From the NCBI RefSeq assembly GCF_964213995.1, contig NC_135830.1:9672001-9736000 (forward strand): a stretch of DNA of 64,000 nt, in the 5' to 3' direction. The position numbers and the translations under genes are program-made. This document shows positions 24,120-36,289 of this stretch, one piece after another. Positions within the stretch are counted from its first letter, which is position 1, and each line of letters begins with the position of its first letter. This DNA is from Mustelus asterias (Eukaryota). The notes under the pieces are model-generated. The model had not been told where the DNA came from and searched no databases. It worked only from the letters and a program-made list of their open reading frames with translations.

Positions 24120-25370
24120 GCATGGTTAGCAAGTTTGCAGACGATACTAAATTAGGAGGAATCGCTGATAGTGAAGAAGGTTATCAAAAATTACAGGGGG
24201 ATCTTGATCAGTTGTTCGGTTAGGAAAGTGGGCCAATGATTGGCAAATGGATTTCAGTACAGATAATACAGAGTACAGAGGCACAACCTCAGGCTATAGG
24301 GACGATCCTTTAAAACAGAGATAAGGAGGAATTTCTTCAGCCAGAGAGTGGTGAATTTGTGGAACTCTTTGCCGCAGAAGGCTGTGGAGGCCAGGTCATT
24401 GACTGTCTTTAAGACAGAGATATATAGGTTCTTGATTAATAAGGAGATCTGGGGTTATGGGAAAAAGGCAGGAAAATGGGGATGAGAAAAATATCAGCCA
24501 TGATTGAAGGGCGGAGCAAACTCGATGGGCCGAGTGGCCTATTTCTGCTCCTATCTCTTATGGTCTTAAGTGTGAGTGTTGCATTTTGGAAAGTCAAACC
24601 AGGGTAGGACTTGTACAGTGAATGGTAAGGCACTGGGGAGTGTTGAGGAACAGAGGAACACAGGAATACAAGTACATAGTTCATTGAAAGTGGCGGCACA
24701 GGTAAACAGAGTGGTGAAGAAGGCATTTAGCACACTGGCCTTCATCAGTCAGGGCACTGAGTATAGGAGTTGGGACATTATGTTATAGTTGTATAAGTCA
24801 TTGGTGAGGCTGCACTTGGAGTACTGTGTACAGTTTTTGTAACCCTGTTACAGGAAAGACATTGATAAACTGGAAAGAGTGCAAAGAAGATTTATGAGGA
24901 TGTTGCCGGGACTAATGGGCCTGAATGATCGTGTGAGGTTGGATAGGCTAGGGCTTTATTCCTTTGAATGTAGGAGAATGTGGGGTGACTATATTGAGGT
25001 GTATTAAATCATGAGGGGCATAGATAGGATGAACCCACATTGTCTTTTTGCCAGGGTAAGAGAATTGAAAACTAGAGGGCATGGGTTTAAGATGAGAGGG
25101 GAAAGATTAAAAGGGACCTGAGGGGCAACTTCTTCATGCAAAGGGTGGTGTGTACATGGAATGAGCTGCCAGAGAAAGTGGTTGAGGCAGGTTCAAACAG
25201 CAGGTTTAAACATTTTTAAAAGCATTTGGATAATTACATGAATTGGAAAGGATTAGAGGGATATGAGCCAAACATGGACAACTGGGACTAGCTGGGAGGG
25301 CACCATGGTTGGCATGGATCAGTTGGGCCCAAGGGCCAGATTCCGTGCTATATTGCTCTATGACTCTATG
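24120..25370 (+). mobile_element. CR1 3' fragment with a second CR1 3' end nested at ~24270-24567
   Basis: KFADDTK...W-Q-M reading is interrupted and resumes at AAGTGTGAG...CATTTTGG. Confidence 0.85.
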
Positions 25371-25733
25371 TGTTGGCTGCATCAGCATCTATTGCCCATA
25401 ACTCATTGCCCTTGAACTGAGTGGTTTGCATTGCTGGGGGATGTGGTAATTTCCTTCTTTAAAGGACATTATTAAATTGGATGGATTTTTACAACAATTG
25501 TCATCAATGGACTTCTAAGTCTAGATTTTTACTGAATTCAAATTTCAACATCTGCCGTTGTGGGATTCGAACCCAGGGTTCACAGTGCATTGACCTGGAT
25601 CCCTGTATTACTAATCCAATAACACTATCACTGCACCATTGCCTCCCCATCCATGGTAAAGGAGTCACAATAGCCCGAGATCCATGGAATCAGAGCATGC
25701 TCTAAATTTAAATTAATGCTCACTAACACTCAC

Positions 25734-25838
25734 CTCAAAACAATTTCACTGTTTTCACATTTTAAAATCTGCAGCAGCTGAAAAGATCTCAGAGAGATTG
25801 ATGTCCGGGAAAAATTTTGCAATCTTCAAATCTTCTCC
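25734..25838 (-). other. Probable non-coding 5' exon of gene C
   Basis: TTTACAG|GGAGAAGATTTGAAGA...GAAAACAGTGAAATTGTTTTGAG|GTGAGT; homologous to 45399-45515 with both splice sites kept. Confidence 0.55.
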
Positions 25839-26197
25839 CTGTAAATGAGGAAAGTTATAGGTGTAATTCAAGGTTAGAAATTCAAGACAGACAAACATTT
25901 CTTTTGGTCTGAGTTTGCTGTGTGTAAATCTTTCCCTTCTAATCCCCTGTAAAAGGAGTTTCCAAAATCCATCAGCATCTGTCCAGGATAGAGATTCAAA
26001 ACATTCACTCCTCCTTTAACCTGGCACAGAATTACTTCAGCTGGGACAAAATTGCAGTGGAGGCAGTTCAGAGAAGATCCAGTTGGTTGATTCCTGAAAT
26101 GAGGAGTTTTATCTTTCAGGTTGAGCAGCTTGGGCCTCTACTTTTTGGAGTTCAGAAGACTGAGAAGTAATCTTAATGAAACATCTGGGAATTTAAG

Positions 26198-26513
26198 GGC
26201 GGAACAGTGGTTAGCACTGCTGCCTCACAGCACCAGGGTCCCAGGTTCAATTCCGGCCTTGGGTCACTGTCTGTATGGAGTTTGCACATTCTCCCCATGT
26301 CTGCGTGGGTTTCCTCCGGGTGCTCTGGTTTCCTCCCACAGTTCAAAGATGTGTGGGTTAGGTGGATTGGCTATGCTAAATTGACCCTAGTGTCAGGGGG
26401 ATTAGCAGGGTAAATGCATGGGGTTGTGGGGCTGGGGCCTGGGTGGGATTGTGGTCGGTACAGACCTGATGGGCCAAATGGCCTCATTCTGCACTGTAGG
26501 GATTCTATGATTC
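26198..26513 (+). mobile_element. HE1/V-SINE-like SINE
   Basis: Head, core and tail present; sits within degenerate CR1 (26050-26820). Confidence 0.88.
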
Positions 26514-26821
26514 ATATGATATAAGGTGCTTGACAAGGTAGATGCTGAGAGGATGTTTCCTCTGGTGTGGAAATCAAGTAAAAATAAAGGATCTCAAATT
26601 TAAGATGAAGAGAGATCTTTTCTCTCAGCGGGTTGTTGATCTTTGGAACTCTGTCTTCACCAGTGAGTATTGGAGGCAGGTCATTGAATATATTCAAAGC
26701 TGAGGTTTTGATCCACAAGAAAGCCAAGGGTATGGACGGGGTGGGGGTAGCAAAGTAGACATGATCTTATTGAATGATGCAGCAGGCTCGATGGGCCCAA
26801 TGACTGGCTCCTGTTCTTGGA

Positions 26822-27275
26822 TAGCTGCGCATGCGCCCTGCTACCTATTGTCCCTCTGAAGATCGAGGTTCTGAACCAACCCCTGAAACCACGCCCATTA
26901 TGACCCGTCACAGACAGCAGCGCATGCGCCCTCCGTCTCCGCTGAAACAAGATGGCGGCCGATAACCGGGGCCTGTTCCAGGGATAAAAGCCTGGGAGCT
27001 GTAAACTCGGGACCTGCAGGGTCTATTCGGGCCGTGCGGCCTACAGCGGGTGTTTCGAAGCCATACCTCCCTCCCTATCCCGACTCCCGGCTCCATTTCT
27101 CCCACAGCCCAACCGACTCACCCGCAGAAAAATGTGCCAACTCCCGCACTCGCAAGACTCCGAGCAAAGTGACATTGCGCACGCTCCAGATATAGCACTG
27201 CGCCTGCGCAATAGGCTCCTGTGGAATGAATAGGACACTGTCACACCCGCAGGGGCAGCTGGGAATTAACGGCGT
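26822..27275. promoter_or_regulatory. CpG-rich promoter module P2
   Basis: GCGCATGCGC twice (NRF1-like), AAGATGGCGGCC (YY1-like) near 26949, minus-strand donor CGG|GTGAGT near 27121; inverted homolog at 44110-44480. Confidence 0.7.
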
Positions 27276-27759
27276 CATTGTCAAAGACGATAATAGAAAA
27301 TTATCTTGTGCAATTAAGATCAAATAATTTAAAAAAATGTATTCCTCGGAATTTGTGCACTGCCATTCTCCATTTCTAAAATTGATTTAAACCAGTGCTC
27401 TCCTGTGGGAATACCCCGAGTTTTAAAAACTTTTCCCACTGGTTTCTTCCCCTCTCTGCTCTCCTGAAGGTGCTCATACTGGTTGGGTAAATCCCACAGA
27501 GACTGGTTTCTTTCACTTTCTTTCCCCTGATGCTGAATATTCTGTTTTATGGAATGATACATCACAGATGGAAACCATTTTGCTCATCCTGCCCAATCGG
27601 GCTGTCTTTAAGATCTATCCAATTAATCCCACAGCCTTGCTGGCAGAGTGAGAACAATATCTATATACTGCAGCAGTGCAGGAGGTGAATGGAAAATGTT
27701 TTCCAGTTGCACACCTCTCAGACACACTCACCCCTAGAAAGATAAATTGGCCTGTGTAC

Positions 27760-27970
27760 TAAGAACAAAGAAAATTACAGTACAGGAACAGGCCCTTTGG
27801 CCCTCCAAGCCTGCACCAACCATGCTGCCCGATTTAAGTAAAACCCCCTACCCTTCTGGGAACCATATCACTCTATTCCCAAAGTATTCATGTACTTGTC
27901 AAGACGCCCCTTAAAAGTCACTACCGTACCTGCTTCCACTACCTCCCCCGAGTTCCAGGCACCCACCACT
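27760..27970 (-). mobile_element. CR1 3' end fragment
   Basis: Reverse complement of 11975-12225. Confidence 0.85.
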
Positions 27971-28420
27971 CCCCGCTGTGAATGCTGCGATGTATTTTCA
28001 GGCTGTGTAACTGGTTAAAGCTCTTTCCACACTCAGTGCACTGGAACACTCTCACTCGGGTGTGTGTCTCGGTGCTTTTCCAGTCACACTGAAATTTAAA
28101 ATCTCCTGAAGCAGACTGAACAGAGAAACATTTCCATTCTGGATTCAAAGGTCGATAATATTCAGGTCCCGACGAATTGAGGACTCTGTCAGATATTGAT
28201 GTGACGTTTGGTTTGAGATTTCTGTCTGTAAATCCTCACCTTCTAATATCCTGTAAAAGGAATTTACAAAAGTCATCAATGTCAGTACAAGATAGAAATT
28301 CAGAACAGACAGTTCAAGTTTCTATGGAACATTCTTTCCTCTCTCATTCCCCAAAAGCTGTAAATCTCCATCCCACACACTCTCTCTCCATTCTCACTCT
28401 GCTGTATCTAATATTCACCC
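27971..28420 (-). pseudogene. Zinc-finger gene relic D (acceptor module and dead-finger leader only)
   Basis: Acceptor TTTTACAG|GATAT at 28251/28250; [26 protein letters not shown], then CR1; the array is absent. Confidence 0.75.
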
Positions 28421-28732
28421 TCCCAATTCTCCTAAAGATGCTAATTGAGGCTGATTGACAGATCCATGCTCACTGCTTCCTGTCCTGGACACAGGGAGCT
28501 GAAAATCTCCATGCAGGCTGCCAGACAGATGTCTATAATACTGGATAAAAGTGTAATATACAGGACATTATTTGAATAGTGACAGAGCAGGGATTTGAGG
28601 AAGATTTATACTTGGGTAGGGAGAGCACATGCTCTGGAACTCGCTGCCTAAAAGGATGGTGGAACAGAAGATGAATGGGAAATACATCTCATGATATAGT
28701 GGGATCTGGAAAGCAGAATTTATTTCCCTTTC

Positions 28733-28828
28733 CAAAAGAGAAAATGCTGGAAAATCTCTGCAGGTCTGGCAGCATCTGTGAGGAGAGAAAAGAGCTGACA
28801 TTGAGGCCGGATGACCCTTTGTCAAAGC
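28733..28828 (-). mobile_element. Penelope-like family 2 terminal fragment with 12-bp target-site duplication
   Basis: TATTTCCCTTTC at 28721-28732 and 28829-28840; decayed hammerhead core. Confidence 0.75.
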
Positions 28829-28984
28829 TATTTCCCTTTCTTTCCTTCTCTGCCACCGCTCTGCCTCATCAATAAGACATTGGGACTCAGAGGGTTGATG
28901 CAGTTTGATGGACAAGTTGTCTCCATTCTGAACAATGGGGAACAAGCTCCTCCCACTCAATGACAACATTGCCCCCTAAAAGGA

Positions 28985-30090
28985 TGACGGCTGTGCATGC
29001 GCCTTCTTGCATATTGCCCCCAATAAAGATGGCGGCCGTGAGCGCGGCCCGAACATGAGGAGCTGCGGTACCGCTCGGTACAAACTGGGTCCGTTGGAGG
29101 TCCCTCTACGGAGGGATCTCCCCCAATTACGTCGGGGACCTGGGGTGGAGGGTGATGCATGCAGCAGTTCCGCACAACCGTAGGATTCACTGGTTCACGG
29201 GCTCCGAAGACTGCCCTTTCTGCGGCCTTGTGGAGTCCATGGACTATGTCTATGTTGAGTGTCTTAGGCTGCACTCCCTTTATGTTTTCCTAAAGAGCCT
29301 TTTGTTGATGTTTTGTCTGCATTTCAGTCCCACGCTCCTGATCTACGGACACCTGGTGCGGAGAGGGGAGGGTCGGGATGGCGACCTCCTTGTGAACCTG
29401 CTCCTGGGCCTGGCGAAACGCGCCATTTACTGGTCCAGGCTGCGGGCGATCGAGGGGGCCGTCCATCCTGACTGTCTTCCCCTCTACCGCGGCTACGTTC
29501 ACGGCCAGGTGTCCCTGGAGAGGGAGCATGCGGTGTCCACGGGCGAGGTTGACGCTTTCCGCGCCCGCTGGGCACCGCAGGGGTTGGGGTGCATTATTGA
29601 CCCTAATAATCACATTTTAATTTGATGTTTTTAAGTTTCCTTTGTACTTTGATTTCTGTTCGGGCTGTTCCCCCTCCTTTTTGGGGAGCTGCCCCTTTTA
29701 CTTTGTCCTGAATTAATCTGAGTTTGTTTACTTGGTTTGGTTTGACCTAAAAAGAGGACAAACTGGGTCCGTGAAGCTCTTTACCGAGGTTCACGGCTGA
29801 CACAACCTGCTTACGCAGCGTTTCCGTCCACCCGCGAGATCCCTCGCCCCCTCCGTACCGTCAATCACCGCTAACCTATCTCCGAGCCGAAAAAACAGCC
29901 CCGTCTCCGTCGCCATTACCCACACTGCGCATGCCCCAGTCAGAGCGGGCCCCGCCCCTCATTCACTGTGATTGGTTGGAGGACCAGCCTCTCCCACTCG
30001 GACCTCCAACCGCGCCCCTTGTCTCCCCATTGGTCCACGCTGCCGTCAATCAGCCGGGCATTGTGACGGTGACTTGCTGCTTGTCCAATA
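28985..30090. promoter_or_regulatory. CpG-rich promoter region containing an inverted P1 copy (29890-30090), split by the Tx1-like insertion
   Basis: GTCGCCATTACCCACACTGCGCATGC...CCCGCCCCTCATTCAC.GTGATTGGTTGGAGGACCAG matches the reverse complement of 6190-6490; AAGATGGCGGCC near 29026. Confidence 0.65.
29095..29757 (+). mobile_element. L1/Tx1-like LINE 3' end, 5'-truncated
   Basis: C-terminal CPFCG..ES....EC zinc motif (ORF 29152-29625), T-rich 3' UTR, short A tail, 15-bp TSD ACAAACTGGGTCCGT (29080-29094, 29758-29772). Confidence 0.8.
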
Positions 30091-30103
30091 ATAAGTGACA
30101 GAG

Positions 30104-30275
30104 TCTCAGTGTAACAATGACACACACAGGCTCCAATACAATCAGAGTGGGGATGGAGCACAGAGACAACACAGCAAAGCACTGACTTACTCTCAGTGTA
30201 ACAATGACACACACAGGCTCCAATACAATCAGAGTGGAGATGGAGCACAGAGACAACACAGCAAAGCACTGACTT
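30104..30275. repeat. 87-bp tandem duplication (2 copies)
   Basis: TCTCAGTGTAACAATGACACAC... at 30104 and 30191; the junction sequence recurs at positions 1-26. Confidence 0.9.
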
Positions 30276-30335
30276 CAAAACAGAAAATGCTGCAAAACCT
30301 CAGCAAGTCTGACAGCAACTGTGGAGAGAGATTCC

Positions 30336-31160
30336 ATGAAGTGGAGATGCCGGCGTTCGACTGGGGTAGGCCCAGTAAGAAGTCTCACAACACCAGGTTA
30401 AAGTCCAACAGGTTTATTTGGTAGCACAAGCCATAAGCTTTCGGAGCGCTGCCCCTTCATCAGATGAGTGGGAGTTCTGTTCACAAACAGGGCATATAAA
30501 GACACAAACCCAATTTACAAAATAATGGTTGGAATGCAAGTCTTTACAGGTAATCAAGTCTTAAAGGTACAGACAACGTGAGTGGAGAGAGCATTAAGCA
30601 CAGGTTAGAGATGTGTATTGCCTCCAGCCAGGACAGAAAGTGAGATTTTGCAAGTCCAGGCAAGTTGTGGGGGTTACAGATAGTGTGACATGAACCCAAG
30701 ATCCTGGTTGAGGCCGTCCTCATGTGTGCGGAACTTAGCTATCAGTCCCTGCTCAGCGACTCTGCGTTGTTGTGTGTCATGAAGGCCGTCTTGGAGAACG
30801 CTTACCCGAAGATCAGAGGCCGAATTCTATGAATGCCTGTGACTGTTGAAGTGTTCCCCAACAGGAAGAGAACACTCTTGCCTGGTGATTGTCGAGCGCT
30901 GTTCATTCATCCGTGGTCGTCTCGTCTGCATAGTCTCCCCAATGTACCATGCCTCGGGACATCCTTTCCTGCAACGTATCAGGCAGACAACGTTGGCTGA
31001 GTTGCAAGTGTATGTACCGTGTACCTGGTGGATGGTGTTCTCACGTGAGATGATGGCAGCCGTGTTGATGATCCGGCACGTCTTGCAGAGGTTGCTGTGG
31101 CAGGGTTGTGTGGTGTCGTGGTCACTGTTCTCCTGAAGGCTGGGGAGTTTGTGAGACTTA
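30336..31160 (-). mobile_element. Penelope-like element family 1, 3' fragment with GIY-YIG endonuclease remnant, nested in a family 2 fragment (30277-31208)
   Basis: CKTC...CNSANVVCLIRC..C...YIGET...R..E.........PVGEHF; AGAGATTC direct repeat at both sides. Confidence 0.88.
30431..30468 (-). ncRNA. Minimal type I hammerhead ribozyme motif (best preserved copy)
   Basis: Minus strand CUCAU-CUGAUGA-A-GGGGC-AGC-GCUCC-GAAA-GC-UU-AUGG; same strand as the GIY-YIG frame. Confidence 0.8.
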
Positions 31161-31329
31161 CAAAGAGATTCTAGCCAACATTTCGAGTCTGGATGACCCT
31201 TCGTCATGGATTGGCTTAGTTTACTTACTCTGGATTTAACAAACATAGTGTTTATTCCAAATATAAGTCAGGCTGCAGTGTGTCAGTGAACACAGTATTG
31301 GATCCAATGTAATGATAGGGCAGACAGTA

Positions 31330-31626
31330 TAGAATCCCTACAGTGCAGAAGGAGGTCACTGAGCCTATACCAACAACGATCTCACCCCCAGCCCTATCCC
31401 CGTCACCCATGTAGTTATCCTGCTAATCCCCGACACTAAGGGCCAATTTAGCATGGCCAATCAATCTAATCTGCACATTTTTGGAGTGTGGGAGTAAATA
31501 AGAGCACCCGGAGGAAACCCACACAGATACAGGGAGAATGTGCAGACTCCACACAGTCAGCTGAGGCACGAATTGAACCCGGGTTCCTGGCACTGTGAGG
31601 CAGCAATGCTAACCACTGTGCTGCCA
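31330..31626 (-). mobile_element. HE1/V-SINE-like SINE, diverged
   Basis: Reverse-complement head, core and tail. Confidence 0.82.
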
Positions 31627-33174
31627 GGCTGCCTGTGTTTTAAGAAATCTCATTAAAATCTGGAACTCAGATGGGGATATGGGTTGGTGTTAGGTGGGAA
31701 TCAGATTTACAGAATTTCAGAATGGATTCCTGTAATATCAGCAATCCAATTGCTATATGTTGGTAAGACTGAGGGAAGTATTTAAAGTGGAGACCATCGG
31801 TGTGTTTAAAGGTCGTGATGGAATTTATGAACTGAGAAAATATGTGAGAGCAAAGAAATCAATCTAGAAAATTGTAGTCACTTCACGTTGTTCCAGGAGA
31901 AGTGGCGTCTGGTTGTGGAGATGTCAGGTTTTACACAGCACATGGTCATTCTGAATGGAGAATCTCTGAGTTGTACAATTCACATCATTCAGGGGCCAGA
32001 TTGTCTGCTCAGAAAGAGGAAGGTTTCTGTGACACCAATGAAAAGCAACACACACACTCACAGACACCCTCACACACAGAGTCTCACACCCTGCAAATTA
32101 TCTCCTGTCACTTTATTGTTTTTAGTCTTTTTGAAATAAATCCTGAATGAACTATAAAATCATACATAAGTACTTGTTGAGATTCCCCTGAAAGACATCT
32201 ATACTGTTCATTTCACTCCCTGTAGTTGTGATTTCCATATTCTCGCCACTCTTTGTGTAGAGAAATTTATCCTGGATTTCCGATTGGATTTCTTAGTGAC
32301 TGTTTTATATTGATTGTCTCCAGTTTCCCAGTAACTTCACTGCAGTGTTAATCTAAGCCTACTTGTGACTAGTAAATAAACTTTACTTTTTGCTCTTCCC
32401 CACAAGAGGAAACACTATTTCTGTATCTAAACCTTTTATAATTTTGAAGACCTCTGCTCAGGTTACCCCTCAGCCTTCATTTCTCAAGAAAGAAGAACTA
32501 GCCTGTCAATCCTTTCCTGATAAAAAAACCACACACGTTTTGAAAATCATTTATGGGATGTGGGCATTGCGAGCTTGGCCAGCATTTATGGCTAATCCCT
32601 GATTGCCCTTGAGAAGGTGGTGGTGAGCTGCCTTCTACATTAAAATCTCATCATTAAAATCTTCTCTGCACCCTTTCCAGTGCCTGGATATATTTTTAAA
32701 TAAAATGGTGACCAGAATGGTGTGCAGTGGTCAGTAAGATTCTTGATCAGAGAGTCACAGATTTTCCAAAAGTGGTTCGAGCTTATCCATGGTTTTAAAT
32801 TAGATTCTTAGGAAGCAACAATTTTAAAATGATGCATAATAAACAGGGGAAAAAAAACAAGACCCATGGCAGGTGAGTAACTGAGGCCCCAGCACTGATC
32901 CTGCGTTACCCAAATAGTCACTGCCTGCCAGTTGGAAAAAGACCCGTTTAATCCGACTCTTTGTCTCCTGTCTGCCAATCAGTTTTCTACCCATCTCAGT
33001 ACAACAGCCCCAATCCCATGTGCTTTACTTTTTGTGAAGAAGTTGCTGTGTTGGTGGACGAGGGGAATCGGGTTCACGTTATCTATCTCAGGGCATAATC
33101 ATCAACAACTTGTATTTACACAGAGTGTTGTGGGGCTGGAGCAGGTTACTGAGATACTGAGGAACTTTGTTGTA

Positions 33175-33520
33175 TTCATTTTTACGGGATGTAGGCGTCA
33201 CTGGCTGGGCCAGCATTTCTTGCCCATCCCTAACTGCCCTCCATTTAAGAGGGCATTTGAGAGTCAACCACATTGCTGTGGGTCTGGAGTCACATGTAGG
33301 CCTGACCAGGTAAAGACGGCAGGTTTCCTTTTCTAAAGGACGTTACTGAACCAAATGGGTTTTTACGACAATTGACAATGGTTAAGGTTTGTCATTAGAC
33401 TTTTAATCCAAGATTTTAATTGAATACAAATTTCACCATCGACTGTGGTGGGATTCGAACCTGGGTCCCCAGAGCCTTACCCTGAGTCCAGTGATAATTC
33501 CACTGTGCCGCTGCCTCCCC
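33175..33520 (-). mobile_element. Second tRNA-derived SINE family (related pieces at 25390-25650 and 60455-60730; same tail at 32545-32635 and 41620-41745)
   Basis: Minus-strand B box GGTTCGAATCCC; tail GGGATGGGCAA.AAATGCTGGCC.AGCCAGTGACGCC; family not assigned. Confidence 0.65.
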
Positions 33521-33582
33521 TATTCATCCAATTGTTATTGTTTATCTCAGGGCGCAGAAACAACAGAATCCAACGTTGCCGG

Positions 33583-34788
33583 TCACACATGAAGTCGTCT
33601 ATGTTTCAGCAGGCTGTAATACTGATTAAATCCCTTCCCACATATGGAGCAGTTGAAAGGTTTTGCCCCAGTGTGAACTCGCTGGTGTCTCTGCAGGCGG
33701 GATGGATCAGTGAATCCCTTCCCACACAGGGAGCAGGTGAACGGTTCTGTCGCAGTGTGAGCTCGCTGGTGTTTCAGCATATAGGATGAATCAGTGAATC
33801 CCTTCCCACACACAGAGCAGGTGAACGGCTTCTCCCCGGTGTGAATGCGTTGGTGTCTCAGCAGGCCAGTGGACTGAGCGAATCCCTTTCCACACACAGA
33901 GCACAGGAACGGCCTCTCCCCGGTGTGAATGCGTTTGTGTTTCAGCAGATCATCACTTCTTTTAAAGGTCTTATTGCATTCTGAGCATTGAAAAGGTCTC
34001 TTATCAGAGTGAATGTGTTGGTGTTGATTGCAGTAGGAAAACTGAGCAAATCTTTTGCCGCAAATGGAGCAGGAGAATGGCTTCTCCCCTGTGTGAATGC
34101 GGCGGTGTCTCCGGAGGCTGGATGACTCCGTGAAAGCCTTCCCACACACGGAGCAGATGAATCCCCTCTCCCCGGTGTGAATAGGCCGGTGGCTTAGGAG
34201 ATGCTGCAAACAAGTAAATGCTTTCCCACACACAGGGCAAACGTATGGCCTCTCCCCAGTGTGAGTGCCCTGGTGTCTCAGCAGACTAATCCTTCTTTTG
34301 AAGGTCTTCTCACATTTAAAGCATTTGAAATGTCTCTTCTGAAAATGAATCTGTTGGTGAACGGTGCAGTGGGAGGACTGAATGAATCTCTTCCCACACT
34401 GGGAGCAGCTGAATGGCCTGTCCTTGGTGTGAACTTGTTGGTGCTCAGTGAGATGCACTGAGTCGCTGAACGACTCCCCACAGTGGGAGCAGCTGAACGG
34501 TCTCTCGTGTGTGTGAAGGAGCTGGTGCTCTCCAAGGTGGGAGGACTGGCTGAACCTCTTCCCGCAGTGGGAGCAGCTGAACGGTCTCTCGTCAGTGTGA
34601 AGGAGCTGGTGTTGGGCCTGTTCCTCAGAGGTTTCAATGCTTTCCCCAGAGTCAGAGCTTTGAAGAGGCTTCTGAATAATATGATCGAGTTGGTGAGCCA
34701 GCAGGTTGGACGAACACATGAATTTCTTCCCACACACGGAGCAGGTGAATGAACTCTCACTATTGTGAGTTCGCTGTCGTGTCAGCAT
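33583..34788 (-). CDS. C2H2 zinc-finger protein E, 13 intact fingers plus degenerate ones
   Basis: Long open frame 33583-34854 whose track start is TTG; first ATG at 34788; acceptor TTTTGCAG|GAAAT at 34972/34971. Confidence 0.85.
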   Translation of the reverse strand: MLTRQRTHNSESSFTCSVCGKKFMCSSNLLAHQLDHIIQKPLQSSDSGESIETSEEQAQHQLLHTDERPFSCSHCGKRFSQSSHLGEHQLLHTHERPFSCSHCGESFSDSVHLTEHQQVHTKDRPFSCSQCGKRFIQSSHCTVHQQIHFQKRHFKCFKCEKTFKRRISLLRHQGTHTGERPYVCPVCGKAFTCLQHLLSHRPIHTGERGFICSVCGKAFTESSSLRRHRRIHTGEKPFSCSICGKRFAQFSYCNQHQHIHSDKRPFQCSECNKTFKRSDDLLKHKRIHTGERPFLCSVCGKGFAQSTGLLRHQRIHTGEKPFTCSVCGKGFTDSSYMLKHQRAHTATEPFTCSLCGKGFTDPSRLQRHQRVHTGAKPFNCSICGKGFNQYYSLLKHRRLHV

Positions 34789-35002
34789 GTTTTCCAGCTG
34801 TATCAATCCCTCCCCACAGGAGGAGCAAGGAAACAGATTCTCACCAGTTTCCAACTGAGATGGTCAATTAAATCCCTTCAGATGTACAAATCTTCAACTC
34901 CCAATGAATTGATTGACTCTGTCTGACGTGAGATTTGATTGTCCAGACTGCAAATCCTCCTCTTCTATTTCCTGCAAAATAAGTTTACAAAGAATTACGT
35001 GG

Positions 35003-35343
35003 CTGGCACAGTGGTTAGTACTCCTGCCTCACAGCGCCAGGGACCTGGGTTCGATTCCGGCCTTGGTTACCTGTCTGTGTGGAGTTTACACAGTCAGGAG
35101 TCCAACAACACCAGGTTAACGTCCAACAGGTTTATTTGGTAGCAAACGCCACTAGCTTTCAGTCCAAAGGTTAGGTGGATTGGCCATGCTAAATTATCCA
35201 TTCTTACCCCAGGATGTGTAGGTTAGGGAGATTAGTGGGGTAAATAAGTTGGGTTATGTTGTTGGGGCCTTGGTGGGATGCTCTGTCGGAGAGTTGACTT
35301 GATGGGCCAAATAGCCTCCTTCCGAACTGTGGAATTCTATGAA
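35003..35343 (+). mobile_element. HE1-like SINE with its core replaced by a Penelope-like family 1 fragment (35095-35160)
   Basis: SINE head, then CAACACCAGGTTAA..TCCAACAGGTTTATTTGGTAGC...AGCTTTC, then SINE tail. Confidence 0.75.
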
Positions 35344-36289
35344 TATATCTATCCTGGACTGACAGTGATGACTTTTGTAAATTCCCTTTACAGGATAATG
35401 GAAAGGAGGATTTACAGCAAGAAAACACAAACCAAACATCACGTTGAGATCTGACAGTCACTCGGATCATTAGGAGCTGATTGTTATTGTCTTTGAACAG
35501 GGAAGGAGAATTGTTTGTTCTGTCTGTGACAATACACAAACAGGCCATTCGGTTTATCGAGTCTGTACTGGAGTTTATACTCCACATGAGTCTCCTCTCA
35601 TTCTGATCACCACATCTCAGCTTTTCACTTGATTTTTCCAATCCCTTTTCGCTCATAGACTCATATATTTTCCTTTTGAAAGCATCTAAAGTATTTGTGT
35701 CAACCACTTCCAGTCGCAGTGAGTTCCAAATTCTAACAACTGTCTGAAGAAAGAAACATCTCCTATTTTCCTGTTTGATTTATTTGTTGTCTGTTCATGG
35801 TTCCCAGTAATGGAAAAACCAACAAGTGAAAACATTCCATTCACATCTCCCTACTTATCCCATTCAGAAAGCCCATATCAGAAGAGACAACATTTTCTCT
35901 TGGTTTGAGCTTGTTGTGTGTAAATCCTCCCTTTCTAACCCCCTGTAACAAAAAATATCCAAAATTCATCACGATAGAAAATCCAGGTACAAGTAATTCA
36001 GAAAGCTATTATTTGTTATGAGGGGAATGGAGTAAAAGCAGGGAAGTTATGTTTCAGTTGCACACAGTGAGTCTGTATCTGGAGCAATGTGTACATTATC
36101 GGTTTCCTTATTTAAGGAAAAATATAAATGCATTAGAAGTTCATAGAAGGTTTAGTCGACTAACACCTGGAATAGGTGGATAGTCTGATGAGGAGCAGTG
36201 AGACAGTCTCTGCTCGAGTTTAAAAGAGTAAGAGGCAACTTAATGTAAACCTTTCAGATCCTGAAAGGTCTTGGATGTGGAGAGGAGTC

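Noticed and set aside
31170-31208. Functional hammerheads at 31170, 28790, 9690, 1475 and 60118
   Set aside because: Core nucleotides are mutated (AUGACGA, UUGACAA, missing GAAA); counted only as relics
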